From positions 117,034,708 through 117,098,707 of the forward strand of contig NC_052160.1 of assembly GCF_902713615.1 (NCBI RefSeq): 64,000 bases of DNA, in the 5' to 3' direction. Shown here one piece after another: positions 23,851 to 36,925 of this stretch; position 1 is the stretch's first letter, and each line of letters starts with the position of its first letter. The position numbers and the translations under genes are program-made. The notes beneath the pieces are model-generated. The model was not told the origin of the DNA. It worked only from the letters and a program-made list of their open reading frames with translations, and did not search any database. Origin of the DNA: Scyliorhinus canicula (taxonomy: Eukaryota).

Positions 23851-25850
23851 TTAATACGCATTCTTAATGCACATAAATATACACACAAACATACAGGCAC
23901 AATTTTGAATGAATTATGGACTTGAGTATATATTTCTTGAAAAATCGAGCATAACTAAATTAGTTCAATAAGTGTTGAAGAGAACATAAGGGGCTGGATT
24001 CTTCGGCTCCCCGATGCTGAAATCGCATTCGGCGACGGGGCGGAGAATCCGTTTTGGTGCCGAAGTCGGGAGCAGCGCCGGTTTTTCGATTCACCACGCC
24101 TGAAAATCTGCGTACTGAAGGAGTATGCCGTGCCGAGTATCCACCGCCACAGACCATTGCCTGAGGCACACCCCGCAGTGCTCCGTTGCTAATCGGCCGA
24201 ATTCCCGACAGCGTGGCTTACGTATGCCCACACTGTCTGGGATCCTCGCGTGGCAGCTGCAGACTCAGTCCGGGGCTACCACAGGGGAGGGCCAATCGGC
24301 GGGCGTGGGCGCGGGGGGTTTACATAGATACATAGAAGATAGGAGCAGGAGGCCCTTTGGCCCTTCGAGCCTGCTCTGCCATTCATCACGATCATGGCTG
24401 ATCATCCAACTCAATAGCCCAATCCTACTTTCTCCCCATAGCCTTTGATCCCATTCTCCCCAAGTGCTATATCCAGCCACCTCTTGAAAATATTCAAAGT
24501 TTTAGCATCAACTACTTCCTGTGATAATGAATTCCACAGGCTCACCACTCTTTGTGTGAAGAAATGTCTCCTTATCTCTGTCCGAAATGGTTTACACTGA
24601 ATCCTCAGACTGTGACCCCTGGTACTAGACACACCCATCATTGGTAACATCTTCCCTGCATCTACCTTGTCTAGTCCTGTTAGAATTTTATAAGTCTCTG
24701 TGAGATCCCCCCTCATTCTTCTGAACTCCAGCAGAACAGTCCCAACCTAGTCAATCTCTCCTCATATGACAGTACCGCCATCCCTGGAATCAGTCTGGTA
24801 AACCTTCGCTGCACTCCCTCAAGAGCAAGAACATCCTTCCTCAGAGAAGGAGACCAAAACTGCACACAATACTCCAGGTGTGGCCTCACCAAGGCCCTGT
24901 ACAATTGCAGCAACACATCTCTGTTTCTACCTCAAAACCTCTTGTAATGAAGGCCAACATACCATTAGCCTTCTTTACCGCCTGCTGCACCTGCATGCTT
25001 ACCTTCAGCGAATGATGCACAAGGACACCCAGGTCCCGCTGCACACTCCCCTCTCCCAATTTACAACCATTCAGGTAAGATTCTGCCTTCCTGTTTTTGC
25101 TTCCAAAATGAATAACCTCACACTTATCGAAATTATACTGAATCTGCCATTGGTTTGCCCACTCGCCCAACCTGTCCAGATCTTGCAGTAGGATCCCTGC
25201 ATCCTTGTCACAATTCACCCTCCCACCTAATTTGGTATCATCTGCAAATTTTGAGATGTTACATTTTGTTCCCTCATCCAAATCATTAATATATATTGTG
25301 AATAGCTGGGGTCCCAGCACTGATCCCCATTGGTTACTTCCTGCCAATTTGAAAAGGATCCATTAATCCCTACTCTTTGTGTCCTCTCCGCCAACCAGTT
25401 TTCTATCCACCTCAATACATTTCCCCCAATCCCATGCGCTTTCATTTTGCACAATAATCTCTTATGCGGGACTTTGTCAAATGCCTTCTGAAAGTCCAAA
25501 TATACCACATCGACTGGCTCCCCCTTATCGACTGTACTGGTTACCTCTTCAAAGAATTCCAACAGATGCGTTAAGCATGATTTTCCCTTCATAAATCCAT
25601 GCCGACTCTGACTGATCCTGCCACTGCTTTCTAAATGTTCCTCTATAAAGTCCTTGATAATGGATTCAAGCATTTTCCCCACTATCGATGTTAGGCTTAC
25701 TGGTCTATAATTCCCTGCTTTCTCTCTATCTCCCTTTTTGAATATCGGAGTGACGTGAGCTACCCTCCAATCTGCAGGGACAGTTCCAGAGTCTATAGAA
25801 TCCTGGAAGATGACCACCAATGCATCCACTATTTCCAGAGCCACCTCCTT

Positions 25851-25948
25851 CCAGCCTCCCCGAACAGGCGCTGGAATGTGGCGACTAGGGGCCTTTGACA
25901 GTAACTTCATTGAAGCCTACTCGTGACAATAAGCGATTATTATTATTA
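25851..25948 (+). mobile_element. 5'-truncated SINE (type C tail) nested in CR1
   Basis: CCAGCCTCCCCGAACAGGCG...GTGACAATAAGCG(ATT)n. Confidence 0.85.
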
Positions 25949-26749
25949 TGAAGCACTCTGGAATATAGATTCTCAGGCCCTGGGGATTTATCCGCCATCA
26001 ATCCCATCAACTTTCCCAACACCATTTCTCTGCTAACGTGGATCTCCCTCAGTTCTTCCCTCTCACTAAAACTTTCATCCTCCAACATTTCTGGGATCTG
26101 ATTTGTGTCCTCATTTGTGAAGACAGAACCAAAGTATGTATACAATTGCTCAGCCATTTCTTTGTCACTTATTATGCATTCCCCTGTTTCTGTCTGTAGT
26201 GGACCTACATTTCTCTTGAGCAATCTCTTTCTCTTCACATATCTGTAGAAACTCTTAGTGTCAGTCGTTATGTCCCCTGCAAGCTTCCTTTCAGACTGTA
26301 CTTTCCCCTTTTTAATTAATCCCTTCGTCCTTGTTTGCTGAATTCTAAACTGCTCCCAATCCTCAGACCTATTATTATTCTTGGCCAATCTGTACGCTTC
26401 TTCCTTGTTTCGGATACTATTTCTACTTTCCTTTGTAAGCCATGGATTGGCCCTCTTACCCCCTTTGCTTTAGTACCAGACAGGAATGAACAGTTGTTGT
26501 AGTTTCTCCATACGTTCATTGAATGCTTGCCATTGTCTATCCACTGTCATCCCTTTAAGTAACTCTCCCCAATCTATCAAGGCCAACTCACGCCTCATAT
26601 TCTCATAGTTCCCTTTATTAAGATTCAGCACCCTAGTCTTCGAATCAACTACTTCATTCTCCATCTTGATAAACAATTCGATCATGTTTTGGTCGCTCAT
26701 CCCCAAGGGGTTTTGTACAGCCAGATTGGCAATGATTCCCTTCTCATTA

Positions 26750-27104
26750 GGGCAGCACGGTAGCATTGTGGATAGCATAATTGCTTCACCGCTCCAGGGT
26801 CCCAGGTTCGATTCCGGCTTGGGTCACTGTCTGTGCGGAGTCTGCACATCCTCCCCGTGTGTGCGTGGGTTTCCTCCGGGTGCTCCGGTTTCCTCCCCTC
26901 CCACAGTCCAAAGATGTGCAGGTTAGGTGCATTGGCCATGATAAATTGCCTTTAGTGTCCAAAATTGCCCTTAGTGTTAGGTGGGGTTACTGGGTTATGG
27001 GGATAGGGTGGAGGTGATGACCTTGGGTAGGGTGCTCTTTCCAAGAGCCGGTGCAGACTCGATGGGCCAAATGGCCTCCTTCTGCACTGTAAATTCTATG
27101 TAAA
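26750..27104 (+). mobile_element. Full-length HE1-type V-SINE nested in CR1
   Basis: Complete tRNA head, V-domain and CR1-like tail; short ATTA duplication. Confidence 0.95.
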
Positions 27105-27321
27105 ATTACACAGTACCCAGTCTAAGATGGCCTGCTCTCTAGTTGGTTCCTCCACATATCAGTCACGAAAACCATCCCGTATAAACTCCAGGAATTCCTC
27201 CACTACGGCATTGTAGCTAATTGGATTTGCCCAATCTATGTGAAGATTCAAATCACCCATGATCACCGATATTCCCTTATTACATGCATCTCTAATTTCT
27301 TGTTTAATGCCACTCTCTTAT

Positions 27322-27490
27322 TGGTTTAGCACAGGGTTAAGAGCTGGCTTTTAAAGCAGACCAAGGCAGGCCAGCAGCATGGTTCAATTCCCATACCAGC
27401 CTCCCCGAACAGGCGCCGGAATGTGGTGACTCGGGGCTTTTCACGGTAACTTCATTTGAAGCCAACTCGTGACAATAAGCGATTTTCATT
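27322..27490 (+). mobile_element. SINE type C nested in CR1
   Basis: TGGTTTAGCACAGGG..GGCTTTTAAAGC..GGTTCAATTCC head; GTGACAATAAGCGATTTTCATT tail. Confidence 0.85.
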
Positions 27491-29689
27491 CCCAACCTAA
27501 CCAGTGCAGTTTGGGGGTCAATATATGACACCCTCTAATGTTTTTTGTCCCTTGGTATTTCTCAACTCTACCCATACAGATTCCACATTGTCAGAGCTAA
27601 TATCCTTTCTCACTATTATGTTAATTTCCTCTTTAACCAGCATTGCCCGTCACCACATTATTTTTTATGCTTGTCCTTCCTAAAAACTGAGAACCCTGGG
27701 ACATTCAGTTCCTATCCCTGTTCACCCTGCAGCCATGTCTCCATAATCCCAATTATATCATCCCATTTATATCTATCTGCGCGATTAGTTCATCCACTTT
27801 ATTGCAAATGCATTAAGGCACAGAGCCTTTAAGTTTGTCTTTTTCACAATGCTGGTCTTGCTCTCAATATTTTTCTCTAGTGCCCTGTTTGAATTTTGCC
27901 CTTGGTTTCTCCACCTATCACTTTTCTTATTCACATTTCTGCCTTTTGCTTTTGTCCTTGCTCCCTCTTTCTCTGACTCCTTGTGTAGGTTCCCATCCCC
28001 CTGGCATATTAGTTTAAACCCTCCCCAGCCGCTCTAGAAAATAGCCCCCCCAGGACATCAGTTCCAGTCCTGCCCAGGTGTAACCCATCCAGTTTGTACA
28101 GGTCCTACCTCCCTCAGAACCGGTCCCAATGCCCCAGGAATCTGAAACCCTCCCCCTGACACTATCTCTTCAGCCACGTATTCATCCTATATATCCTGTC
28201 ATTTCTACTCTGACTAGCATCCTGAGATCACTACCGTTGAGGTCCGATTTCTTAACTTCCTTCCTAGCTCCCTGTATTCTGCTTTTAGGACTTCATCCCT
28301 TTTTTAACCTATGTCATTTATACCGATGTGTACCACGACCATTGGCTGTTCACCCTCCCCCTCCAGAATGTCCTGCACCCGCTCCGAGACACCCTTGACC
28401 CGAGCACTAGGGAGGCAACATACCATCCTGGAGTCTTGTTTGTGGCCACAGAAGCGCCTGTCTATTCCCCTTTCAATTGAATCCCCTATAACGATTGCAC
28501 TGTCTCGCTTATTACTCCTCCCCTCTGCAGCAGAACCAACCGTGGTGCCATGGGTTTGGCTGTTGCTTTTTACCCTGGGAGACCATTCCCCTCAACAGTA
28601 TCCAAAGCGGTATATCTGTTCTGCAGGGGAATGGCCACAGGCGATTCCTACACTACCTGCCTCGCACTCTTGCTCTGTTTGGTGGTCACCCATTTCCATC
28701 CTGCCTGCGGAGTCTGAGCCTGCGGTGTGACCACCTCATTATACGTGCTATCCACTATACTCTCTGACTTGCGAATGCTCCACAGTGTCCCCAGCCGCCG
28801 CTCCAGCTCTGAAACTCGAGTTTCCAGGAGCTGCAACTGGAGACACTTTCAGGCTGGGGGCTGGGGGCAATGTGGGCGGGCAGTCCGGGGCGCGTGAGTG
28901 GCCGATGTGGGGAACTGCTTTGGTGGTCCAGGTCCATGGGCTGAGTCCGCCATGGAGCACGGCACAGCTGCTGCAGGCCGCCGCTGTGCGCATGCGCGGC
29001 CTGTGAACTGGAAGTGCTGAGGGCTGTATCGGCAACTAAAGCTGCAAGCTCTACGCCGGCTCCCTGGTAGCCCCAAAAAAAACGGGGAATTGGTGCCCTT
29101 TTGACGCCTTTTCGTAAAAGACCAGCGTTTTCACGCCGGCGTGGGACTTAGTCTCCAAAATGGAGAATGCAGCCAAAGTTCTGTGATATTTCCATAATTC
29201 AGAACAAATAGTCCAATTTCAAAATGGATTCCAAAAAAACAGAAAAGTTCCTTATCCAGGACATATGATTAACTTTGGAATTAAATTAAAAAATACATCT
29301 GCAATAAGTTTTGACTATAATGATGCATTTTTGTTGTCATTAGTCATGAATACTTTGTATTCCTGGGTTGGCTTCCTGCTGAATATGGTTCTTTGCCTTA
29401 TTTGTCCAAATAAGGACTTTCCTTCTTATCAGAATTTGTTTTAATCATCGATAACAGATAACACAAAGTTACAAAAATACATTTAAAAGGACAAATGCAA
29501 AAACAAATTCACATCTGGGTAAGAACTTTAGAACTTTTAGGAAGAAGATTTGGTGCAAAAAGCCATTTCTTTACAGTGAGCCTTATATTTCCATGATCTC
29601 TCCCCTTCTCTCAGTTTTCTCCTCAACAATATGTCACTTGAACTTAATTATTTGTGTCAGAAAAATTGAAACAAGATAAATATGGCAGC

Positions 29690-30925
29690 AGCAGAGCAAG
29701 AGAATGCAGAATTGACTGAGGGACAGAAGACGGAGTGCTGTGGTGAATGATTACTTATCGGGCTGAGGGAGATGTCTTAATTTCAGTATTAGGAGCACTG
29801 TTGTTTCTGATCTATATTAATGTCTTTAAATTGTCAGTGGCTTGGATGAGGGATGCACCACAGTGGTAATGTTGGGAATAGCATTAGACAGGAAATCAGA
29901 GATGCATGTGATAAAGGAACGTATGTGATTCTGGGTGACTTTCATCTGCATATAGATTGGGTGAGTCACATTAGTCACAGTACAATAGAGGAGACATTTC
30001 TGGAGTGTATGTGGGATGGTTTTCTGGACCAATCCATTGAGGAACCAACCAGGGAACAGGCCATCTTGGACTGGGTGTTGTGCAGTGAGAAAGTGAGAGA
30101 ACCCTTGGGGATGAGTCACCATAATATAATAGAATTCTTTATCAAGGTGGATAGTAAGGTAGTTGATTCTGAGACCAGGGTCCTGAACCTCAATAAAGGT
30201 AACTATAATGATATGAGACATGAGCTAGCTATGATGGGCTAGGAAACATTACTGAAAGAAAACATCCACTGAACAATGGACAGGCAATTACAGGCATTCA
30301 AAGAATGAATAGGTGAACTTCAAAGATGTTTATTCTTATTTAGCACAAGAGTAGACAGGGAACTATGGCCACACCATGGCTTACAAGGGAAATTAGAGAT
30401 AGTATTAGATTCAAAGAAGAGGCATACACATTATCAAGAAAAAACAATAAACCTGAGGATTGGGAACAATTTAAAACCAAAGGATTGATTAAGAAGGGAA
30501 AAATACAATATGAATGTAAGCTAGCGGGGAACATAAAAACTGACTGCAAAAGTTTCCATAGATATGTAAAGAGCAAAAGATGATTAAAAACTAATGTGGG
30601 CCCCTTACAATCAGAAACAGGGGAATTCATATCAGGGAACAAAGAAATGGCTGAGGAAGGCAATTCATACTTTGCTTCTGTCTTCACAAAGGATGACATG
30701 AGTAATGTTCTGAGAAACACAAGTTTCAGTGAGGAGTTGAAGGAAACTAATATTAGTAAAGAAATGGCTTTGGGGAAATTAATGGGATTGAAGGCGGACA
30801 AACCTCCAGGTTCTGATAATCATATCCTAGAGTACTTGAGGAAGTGGCCCGAGAAATAGAAGATCAATTGGTGGTCATTTTCCAAAATTCTTTGGACTCT
30901 GGAATGGGTCCGACAGATTGGAAGG
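29690..30925 (+). mobile_element. CR1 ORF2 fragments (older RT piece ~29690-29850; endonuclease/linker piece 29855-30925)
   Basis: ILGDFHLHIDW, PTREQAILDWVL, PWLTREI, VGPLQSETGE motifs. Confidence 0.85.
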
Positions 30926-32872
30926 TGTGGTGAATGTAATTCACACTGTATTGTATTGTATGGTATTGTGTCCTTGTGGGCTCTGTCTGTGAGCCGTTGC
31001 ACGGCTCTGCCCATAGGGGGAGATGAGGAGCTTGTACAGGGCTCCACCCTTAGCTCCGCCCATGGCTCCGCCCATGGCCACTCCCACTACTGGAAGTATA
31101 ACATTCTGCAGCCGTGTGAGCCTGCCCTCAGTTCTTCTGGTCGCAGGCAGGCTCAGTTGTAAGACTATTAAAACCACAGTTTACTTCCAATCGTGTTCCG
31201 AGTGAATTGATGGCCACATCAATTTAATAGTCTTAGAAAACTTGAAGAAAACTACTAGGAATCAGCCCTCAAACCTGATCGACTAGAACTCGACCCACAG
31301 ACTGCAGAGGCGAAGGAAATCTTCCTACACTGGCCTCGGTGTTTCAAGGCCTACCTGGCTGGATCGACCACCTCCGAGACTACAGAGGAGCAGAAACTCA
31401 GCCTACTGCACGCACGGGTGAGCCATCACATCTCTACGCAACTCAATTGTATCGACTCCTATACTGAGGCCCTTGCTATGCTCGACCGATTGTACGTGCG
31501 ACCGGTAAACGAGGTCTACACGCGGCACATTTTCACTACCCGCCGCCAGCACCCCACAGAGTCGCTAGAGGACTTCCTGCATGACTTAAAAGCCCTTGCT
31601 CGGGACTGCAAATTTCAGGCTGTAACGGCTTCCCAGCATATGGAACTCGCTGTCCATGGTGTGTGCGTTGCGGGGCTCCGGTCTAACTATGTGCGCCAGC
31701 GATTACTCGAGAAAGGGGCCCAGAACTTGGAGGACACGGTAGAGCGAGCAACTACTATGGAGGTGGCGTTCCGAAGTCTAAACTCATTCCCCGCAGACCA
31801 AGCGACCCCATCGTGGTCCCTTGACCAGCGACTGCCCCAGGCCTGCGCCGCGTGGCCACCAACTCACTATGGAGCGCCAGCGTGCCACTTTTGTGGCCAG
31901 CCCCAACACCCACGGCAGCACTGCCCGGCCCGCAATGCGACCTGCAGCAGCTGCGGTTGAAAAGGACATTATGCCAGAGTATGCCTGGCGAAATCGAAAC
32001 CCTCTAACTCCCCCGCAGTCCAGAACAATCGATCCCCCAACTCGCAGGCCCGCAGGCACCGCAACGCTGCCGCATGCCTGCCGACTCCGCCTCCGCCCGA
32101 CATGTGCGACTCATGGGGGCCGCCATCTTGGCAATCCTCCCCCACGCGGCCGGCCATGTACGACTCATGGGGGCCGTCATCTTGGCAATCCTCCACCACG
32201 CGGCTGGCCATGTGCGAGTCATGGAGGCCGCCATCTTGGATGCCATCTTCCTCGCCGCCCGCCATGTGCGATCCACGGGGGTGGCCATCTAGGACGCCAT
32301 CTTCTTCATCACCCGCCACGTACGATCAACGGGGGCTGCCATCTTGGCCATTATCCGATGTTCACCCCGACGACTACGACCTCCGCGGACAGTCATCACA
32401 GGGCCACTCCAGCACTGCTGATCGAGCTGCCGACTACCCGCAACTCAACGCAGTCACGTTGTACCAGTCGCGTCCGAAGCACCTCCAGAGCTCGATGATG
32501 TCCGTTCAAATCAACGGATACAAGACACCGTGCCACTTCAACTCCGGGACCACCGAGAGCTTCGTCCATCCTGACCTGGTAAGACGCTGTTTGCTCTCTA
32601 TCTTCCCTGCACGGCAAACTATCTCCCTCGCCTCGGGCTCGAAATCGGTCCAAATACAAGGGCGCACCGTCGCGGCCCTAACGGTTCAGGGCGTCAGCTA
32701 CTCTAATTTCCAGCTGTACGTACTCCCCAACCTCTACGCCCACTCTTACTCGGGCTCAATTTCCAATGCAACCTCAAGAGCTTCACACTCAGCTTCGGAG
32801 AACCCCTACCTCCACTCACGACATGCAGCTTAGCGACTCTGAAAATCGACCCCCCTGCACTCTTCGCTAACC
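30926..32872 (+). mobile_element. Gypsy/Ty3 LTR retrotransposon, 5' part (LTR ~30926-31221, gag, protease), cut off at an L1
   Basis: TG..CA-bounded LTR; gag LKPDRLELDP..RRQHPTES; Zn knuckles CHFCGQPQH..CP and CSSCG*KGHYARVC; protease site FNSGTTESFV (D>N). Confidence 0.9.
32098..32350 (+). repeat. 54-bp in-frame tandem repeat in the gag-protease linker (~4.5 copies)
   Basis: MCDSWGPPSWQSSPTRPA-type 18-aa units; each contains a CGCCATCTTGG-like core. Confidence 0.9.
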
Positions 32873-32874
32873 TT

Positions 32875-35575
32875 CTTTTTGGAAATGTTTTTTATTGAGT
32901 TTTCATATTTTATAGCCAACAAATTACAAATTATTAGAAAAAAAACACCTAAAAATTAACACTGTATATTTACAGGTAAGCATCTTCATAATAATAACTG
33001 TGGCCGCCCCCTTTAGCCGGCATACATATTTTACATTCCCCAATATGGCCGAGGCACATGTTTATAGGCATTTATTTACAATTTGGTTTTGGGCCTTAGC
33101 TTGCCATCAGACTGTCGCTTGCGGCTTTGTCCTTCCTTTTTTTTTTGGAATAATTTTTATTCAAGTTTTCAACAACAAATTTTATCACAACTGAGAAAAA
33201 CAGTAACCCCTCCCCTCCAATACAAAAACAATAAATTAACAAGAAGAAGAAATAAGCGTAAAACCATGCGAACAAACCCCCATAACGAACCCGTAGCCCT
33301 CCCCCCCCGGCTACCTTCCCCCGATTCCCGTCCATTTTCCCCTGATTCTTGGCCACCCGACTATTCTTCCTCTTGTTTGTTGGCCACAAACAGGTCCTGG
33401 AACAATTGCATGAATGGCTCCCACGTTCTGTGGAAGCCGTCGTCTGACCCTCGGATGGCGAATTTGATTTTCTCCATTTGGAGACATTCCGAGAGGTCGG
33501 GCAGCCGGTCTGCAGCTCTGGGCGGTGCTGCTGACCGCCAGCCAAACAGGATTCTACGGCGGGCGATCAGGGAGGCAAAGGCAAGGGCGTCCGCCCTCCT
33601 CCCCAGGAACAGATCTGGCTGGTCTGAAACCCCGAAGACCGCCACTATCGGGCATGGCACCACCCTCACCCCCACCACTTTGGACATAGCCTCGAAGAAG
33701 GCTGTTCAGTACTCCACAAGTCTGAGGCAAGACCAGAACATGTGGGCGTGGTTGGCCGGGCCTCTTTGGCACCGTTCACATCTGTCCTCCACCTCCGGGA
33801 AGAACCTACTCATACGGTTTCCTGTTAAGTGGGCTCTATGTACCACTTTTAGTTGCGTCAGGCTGAGCCTTGCGCACGTGGAGGTTGAGTTGACCCTATG
33901 CAGTGCTTCGCTCCATAGTCCACACCCTATCTCAATCCCCAGGTCATCCTCCCATTTCTTTCTTGTTGCGTCCAGTACGGTGTCGTCCCTTTCTACCAGT
34001 CGGTTACACATGTCGCTACAGTTCCCTTTCTCTAGGATACTTGCGTCCAGTAGGTCTTCCAGTAATGTCTGTCGTGGCGGTTGTGGGTACGTCCTTGTCT
34101 CCTTTCGTAAGACGTTTTTGAGCTGCAGATACCGTAGCTCGTTCCCCCTGGCTAGCCGAAATTTCTCTGTCAGTTCGTCCAGTGTTGCGATCCTGCCGTC
34201 CGTGTATAGGTCCCTGACTGTCAGTGTCCCTCCGTCCTGCCTCCACCTTTTGAAGGTGGCGTCGGTCAGTGCTGGTTTGAACCTATGGTTGTTGCAGGTG
34301 GGAGCCTTGTCCGATATTTTGGTCAGGCAAAATTGCTGCCGCAGTTGGTTCCAGGATTGGAGGGTGGCTGTCACCACTGGGCTGCTGGAGTGTTTTTTGG
34401 GTGGGGATGGGAGCGCTGCCGTGGCGAGGGCCCGGAGGGAGGTCCCCATGCAGGAGGCCTCCTCCGCACGCACCCACTCGGCCTCTGGCTCCTGGATCCA
34501 TCCCCTTACTCGCTCGGCTGTTGCCGCCCAGTGGTAGAATTGTAGGTTCGGGAGGGCTAGCCCCCCCCCCCCCCCCCGGATTTTGTTTTTTGTAGGACCT
34601 TCTTTGGGATCCTCGTATTTTTACCCCCCCCCATATGAACGCCATGATAAGTTTGTCCAGCGCTTTGAAAAAGGCCTTGGGGATGTAGATCGGAATGGAT
34701 CTAAACAGGAAGAGGAACCTGGGCAGTACGTTCATTTTGATCGTCTGGACTCTCCCCGCGAGGGAGTGGGAGTGTGTTCCATCTTTGCAGGTCCTTTTTT
34801 ACTTCCTCCGTCAGACTGGTGAGGTTCCATTTGTGGATCCCTTTCCAGTCATGGGCTATTTGGATCCCCAGGTAGCGGAATTTGTGTTGGACTTGTTTGA
34901 ACGGCAGCCCCTTGCGGGTGTACTGGGAAGATCTCGCTTTTGCTCATGTTGAGTTTGTAGCCCGAGAAGGCTCCAAACTCTTTCAGGAGTGCAATGATTC
35001 CGTCCATGCTGCTCTGTGGGTCCGAGATGTAGAGGAGCAGGTCATCTGCATAGAGTGAGACTCTGTGCTCTCTGCCTCCCCTTCGAATCCCCCTCCAATC
35101 TTTTGCTGCCCTGAGTGTGATTGCTAGCGGTTAGATTGCTAGTGCGAACAGCAGTGGGGACAGTGGGCATCCTTGTCTGGTGCCCCTGTGCAGTTGGAAG
35201 TATTGGGAGTTGGTATTGTTGGTCCGTACGCACGCCATGGGAGCGTTGTATAGGAGCTTTACCCAAGCGGTGAACCCTGTTCCAAGCCCGAACCGCTCCA
35301 GTACCTCTATGAGGTATTTCATTAGACTCTGTCGAAGGCCTTTTCTGCGTCCAGGGAGACGATCACCTCTTTTGTTCAGGCGCCTGATGTTCGAGGTAAG
35401 CTGTCTACCTTTGACAAAGCCCATCTGGTCCTCTGTGACCACCTCAGGTACACAGTCTTCTAACCTTTTGGCTAGGATTCTGGCCAGTATTTTGGCTTCT
35501 GCGTTCAGCAGAGAGATGGGTCTGTCTGACCCACATTCCATTGGGTCTTTGTCTTTCTTAGGTATCAGCGAGATT
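32875..35575 (-). mobile_element. 5'-truncated fish-type L1 LINE (ORF2 pseudogene plus 3'UTR)
   Basis: RPISLLN, RGTRQGCPLSPLLF, SLYADD, MNVLPRFLFLF and C-terminal CERC..HMFWSC; AATAAA and A-tail near 32880; stops and frameshifts. Confidence 0.95.
33110..33272 (-). mobile_element. ~160-bp insertion in the L1 3'UTR (poly(A)-ended fragment of another element)
   Basis: Absent from the copies at 43400 and 58910, where GCCATCAAACCCCCATAA is contiguous; carries its own AATAAA and poly(A) on the minus strand. Confidence 0.7.
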
Positions 35576-35652
35576 GACCCAGAGCCGGGATCAAACCTGG
35601 GACCTCGGTGCCGTGAGGCAGCAGAGCTAACCACTGCGCCACCATGCTGCCC
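35576..35652 (-). mobile_element. SINE tRNA-head fragment abutting the L1 5' truncation point
   Basis: GGGCAGCATGGTGGCGCAGTGGTTAGC..GGTTTGATCCCGGCTCTGGGTCA on minus strand. Confidence 0.8.
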
Positions 35653-36019
35653 GAGTGCTTTCACTTCTAACTCACTCCAGATATTTTTTCAAAAGCTTTA
35701 AAACAGCATAATAACCAATGACAAATTTGTCACAGATAGTTTAGTCTTTATTGAAACCATGTTTAGAATTTAATACTTTTCACCAGTGGTTATTGATGCC
35801 ACTATTCAGGAAAAGAGATATCTGCTTAACAGATGTGTATCTGAGGTGAGTGGCATTGGCGAACAAAGAACTGCTTGCGTGATGTTTCAATAAAGAGAAA
35901 GCATTTTTCTATGATTCCGGTATTTGGGGGAAATTAAAACACTTTTTCTGAGGAACTCTGGAATTTTAGAGAAAAGTCTCTTCATAGTACAAGATCCCCA
36001 CAAGAGAAGATACCCCATA

Positions 36020-36285
36020 ATAGGCTGGAGGTGCAGTATCAGATCTGAGTCCTCACCCCCTGTGAAGAACGGACCCTGGAGATCGCGGGGTTCACCAAGA
36101 AAAGAGCAGTCACCGACAGCAAGTTGGCCTGAGCCACAGAGGTGAGGATCGACCGCCCCTTCACCCAGATGACCTGTCTCAAGTGAATTGCCATGCCAGA
36201 TAAGATGATTCTTCCCTCTCATTGACCACATGTCCATTACCTTGCAGGATCGCCATCTGATGAGGTTAGGTCATCCAACGTTTTG
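36020..36285 (+). pseudogene. Harbinger Myb-gene exon-2 remnant
   Basis: DL*VLTPCEERTLEIAG then AG|GTGAGG donor and a short intron, as at 11573-11834. Confidence 0.65.
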
Positions 36286-36289
36286 CTTC

Positions 36290-36925
36290 ATTGAGTACAA
36301 GAGTCGGCATTGAGTGCAAGAGTCGGCAGGTCATGTTACAGTTGTATCGGACTTTGGTTAGGCCACATTTGGAATACTGCGTGCAGTTCTGGTCGCCACA
36401 TTACCAGAAGGATGTGGATGCTTTAGAGAGGGTGCAGAGGAGGTTCACCAGGATGTTGCCTGGTATGGAGGGTGCTAGCTATGAAGAAAGGTTGAGTAGA
36501 TTAGGATTTTTTTCATTGGAAAGACGGAGGTTGAGGGGAGACCTGATTGAGGTCTACAAAATTATGAGCAGTATGGACAGGGTGGATAGCAACAAGTTTT
36601 TTCCAAGAGTGGGGCTGTCAATTACAAGGGGTCACGATTTCAAGGTGAGAGTGGGAAAGTTTAAGGGAGATGTGCATGGAACGTTTTTTACGCAGCGGGT
36701 GGTGGGTGCCTGGAATGCTTTGCCAGCGGAGGTGGTAGAGGCGGGCACGATAGCATCATTTAAGATGCATCTGGACAGCCATATGACCGTGCGGGGAACA
36801 GAGGGAAGTAGATCCTTGGAAAATAGGCAACAGGTTTAGATAAAGGATCTGGATCGGCGCAGACTGGGAGGGCCGAAGGGCCTGTTCCTGTGCTGTAATT
36901 TTCTTTGTTCTTGTTGTTCTATGTT
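36290..36925 (+). mobile_element. CR1 LINE 3' end
   Basis: [42 protein letters not shown]; (TTCTTTG)-like tail; short duplication at the 5' junction. Confidence 0.95.

Larger units (their letters stand above)
24322..28846 (-). mobile_element. Near full-length CR1 LINE (disrupted ORF1 and ORF2)
   Basis: ORF1 coiled coil LETRVSELERRL and SGNH esterase motif VIGDS..RG..VHIGIND; ORF2 APE region, RT motifs YLDFQKAFDKVPH, GSVLGP, KFADD, C-terminal FFTQRVVSLWNSL; (ATCTATGT)n tail; stops, frameshifts and three nested SINEs. Confidence 0.95.
23991..29175. mobile_element. Harbinger-type MITE split by a CR1 insertion (parts 23991-24321 and 28847-29175)
   Basis: TIRs GGGCTGGATTCT / GGAGAATGCAGCC; TSD AAG (23988-23990 / 29176-29178). 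Confidence 0.8.

Noticed and set aside
29315-29450. Short minus-strand ORF MIKTNSDKKEK...
   Set aside because: About 44 codons with no recognisable motif or convincing splice context
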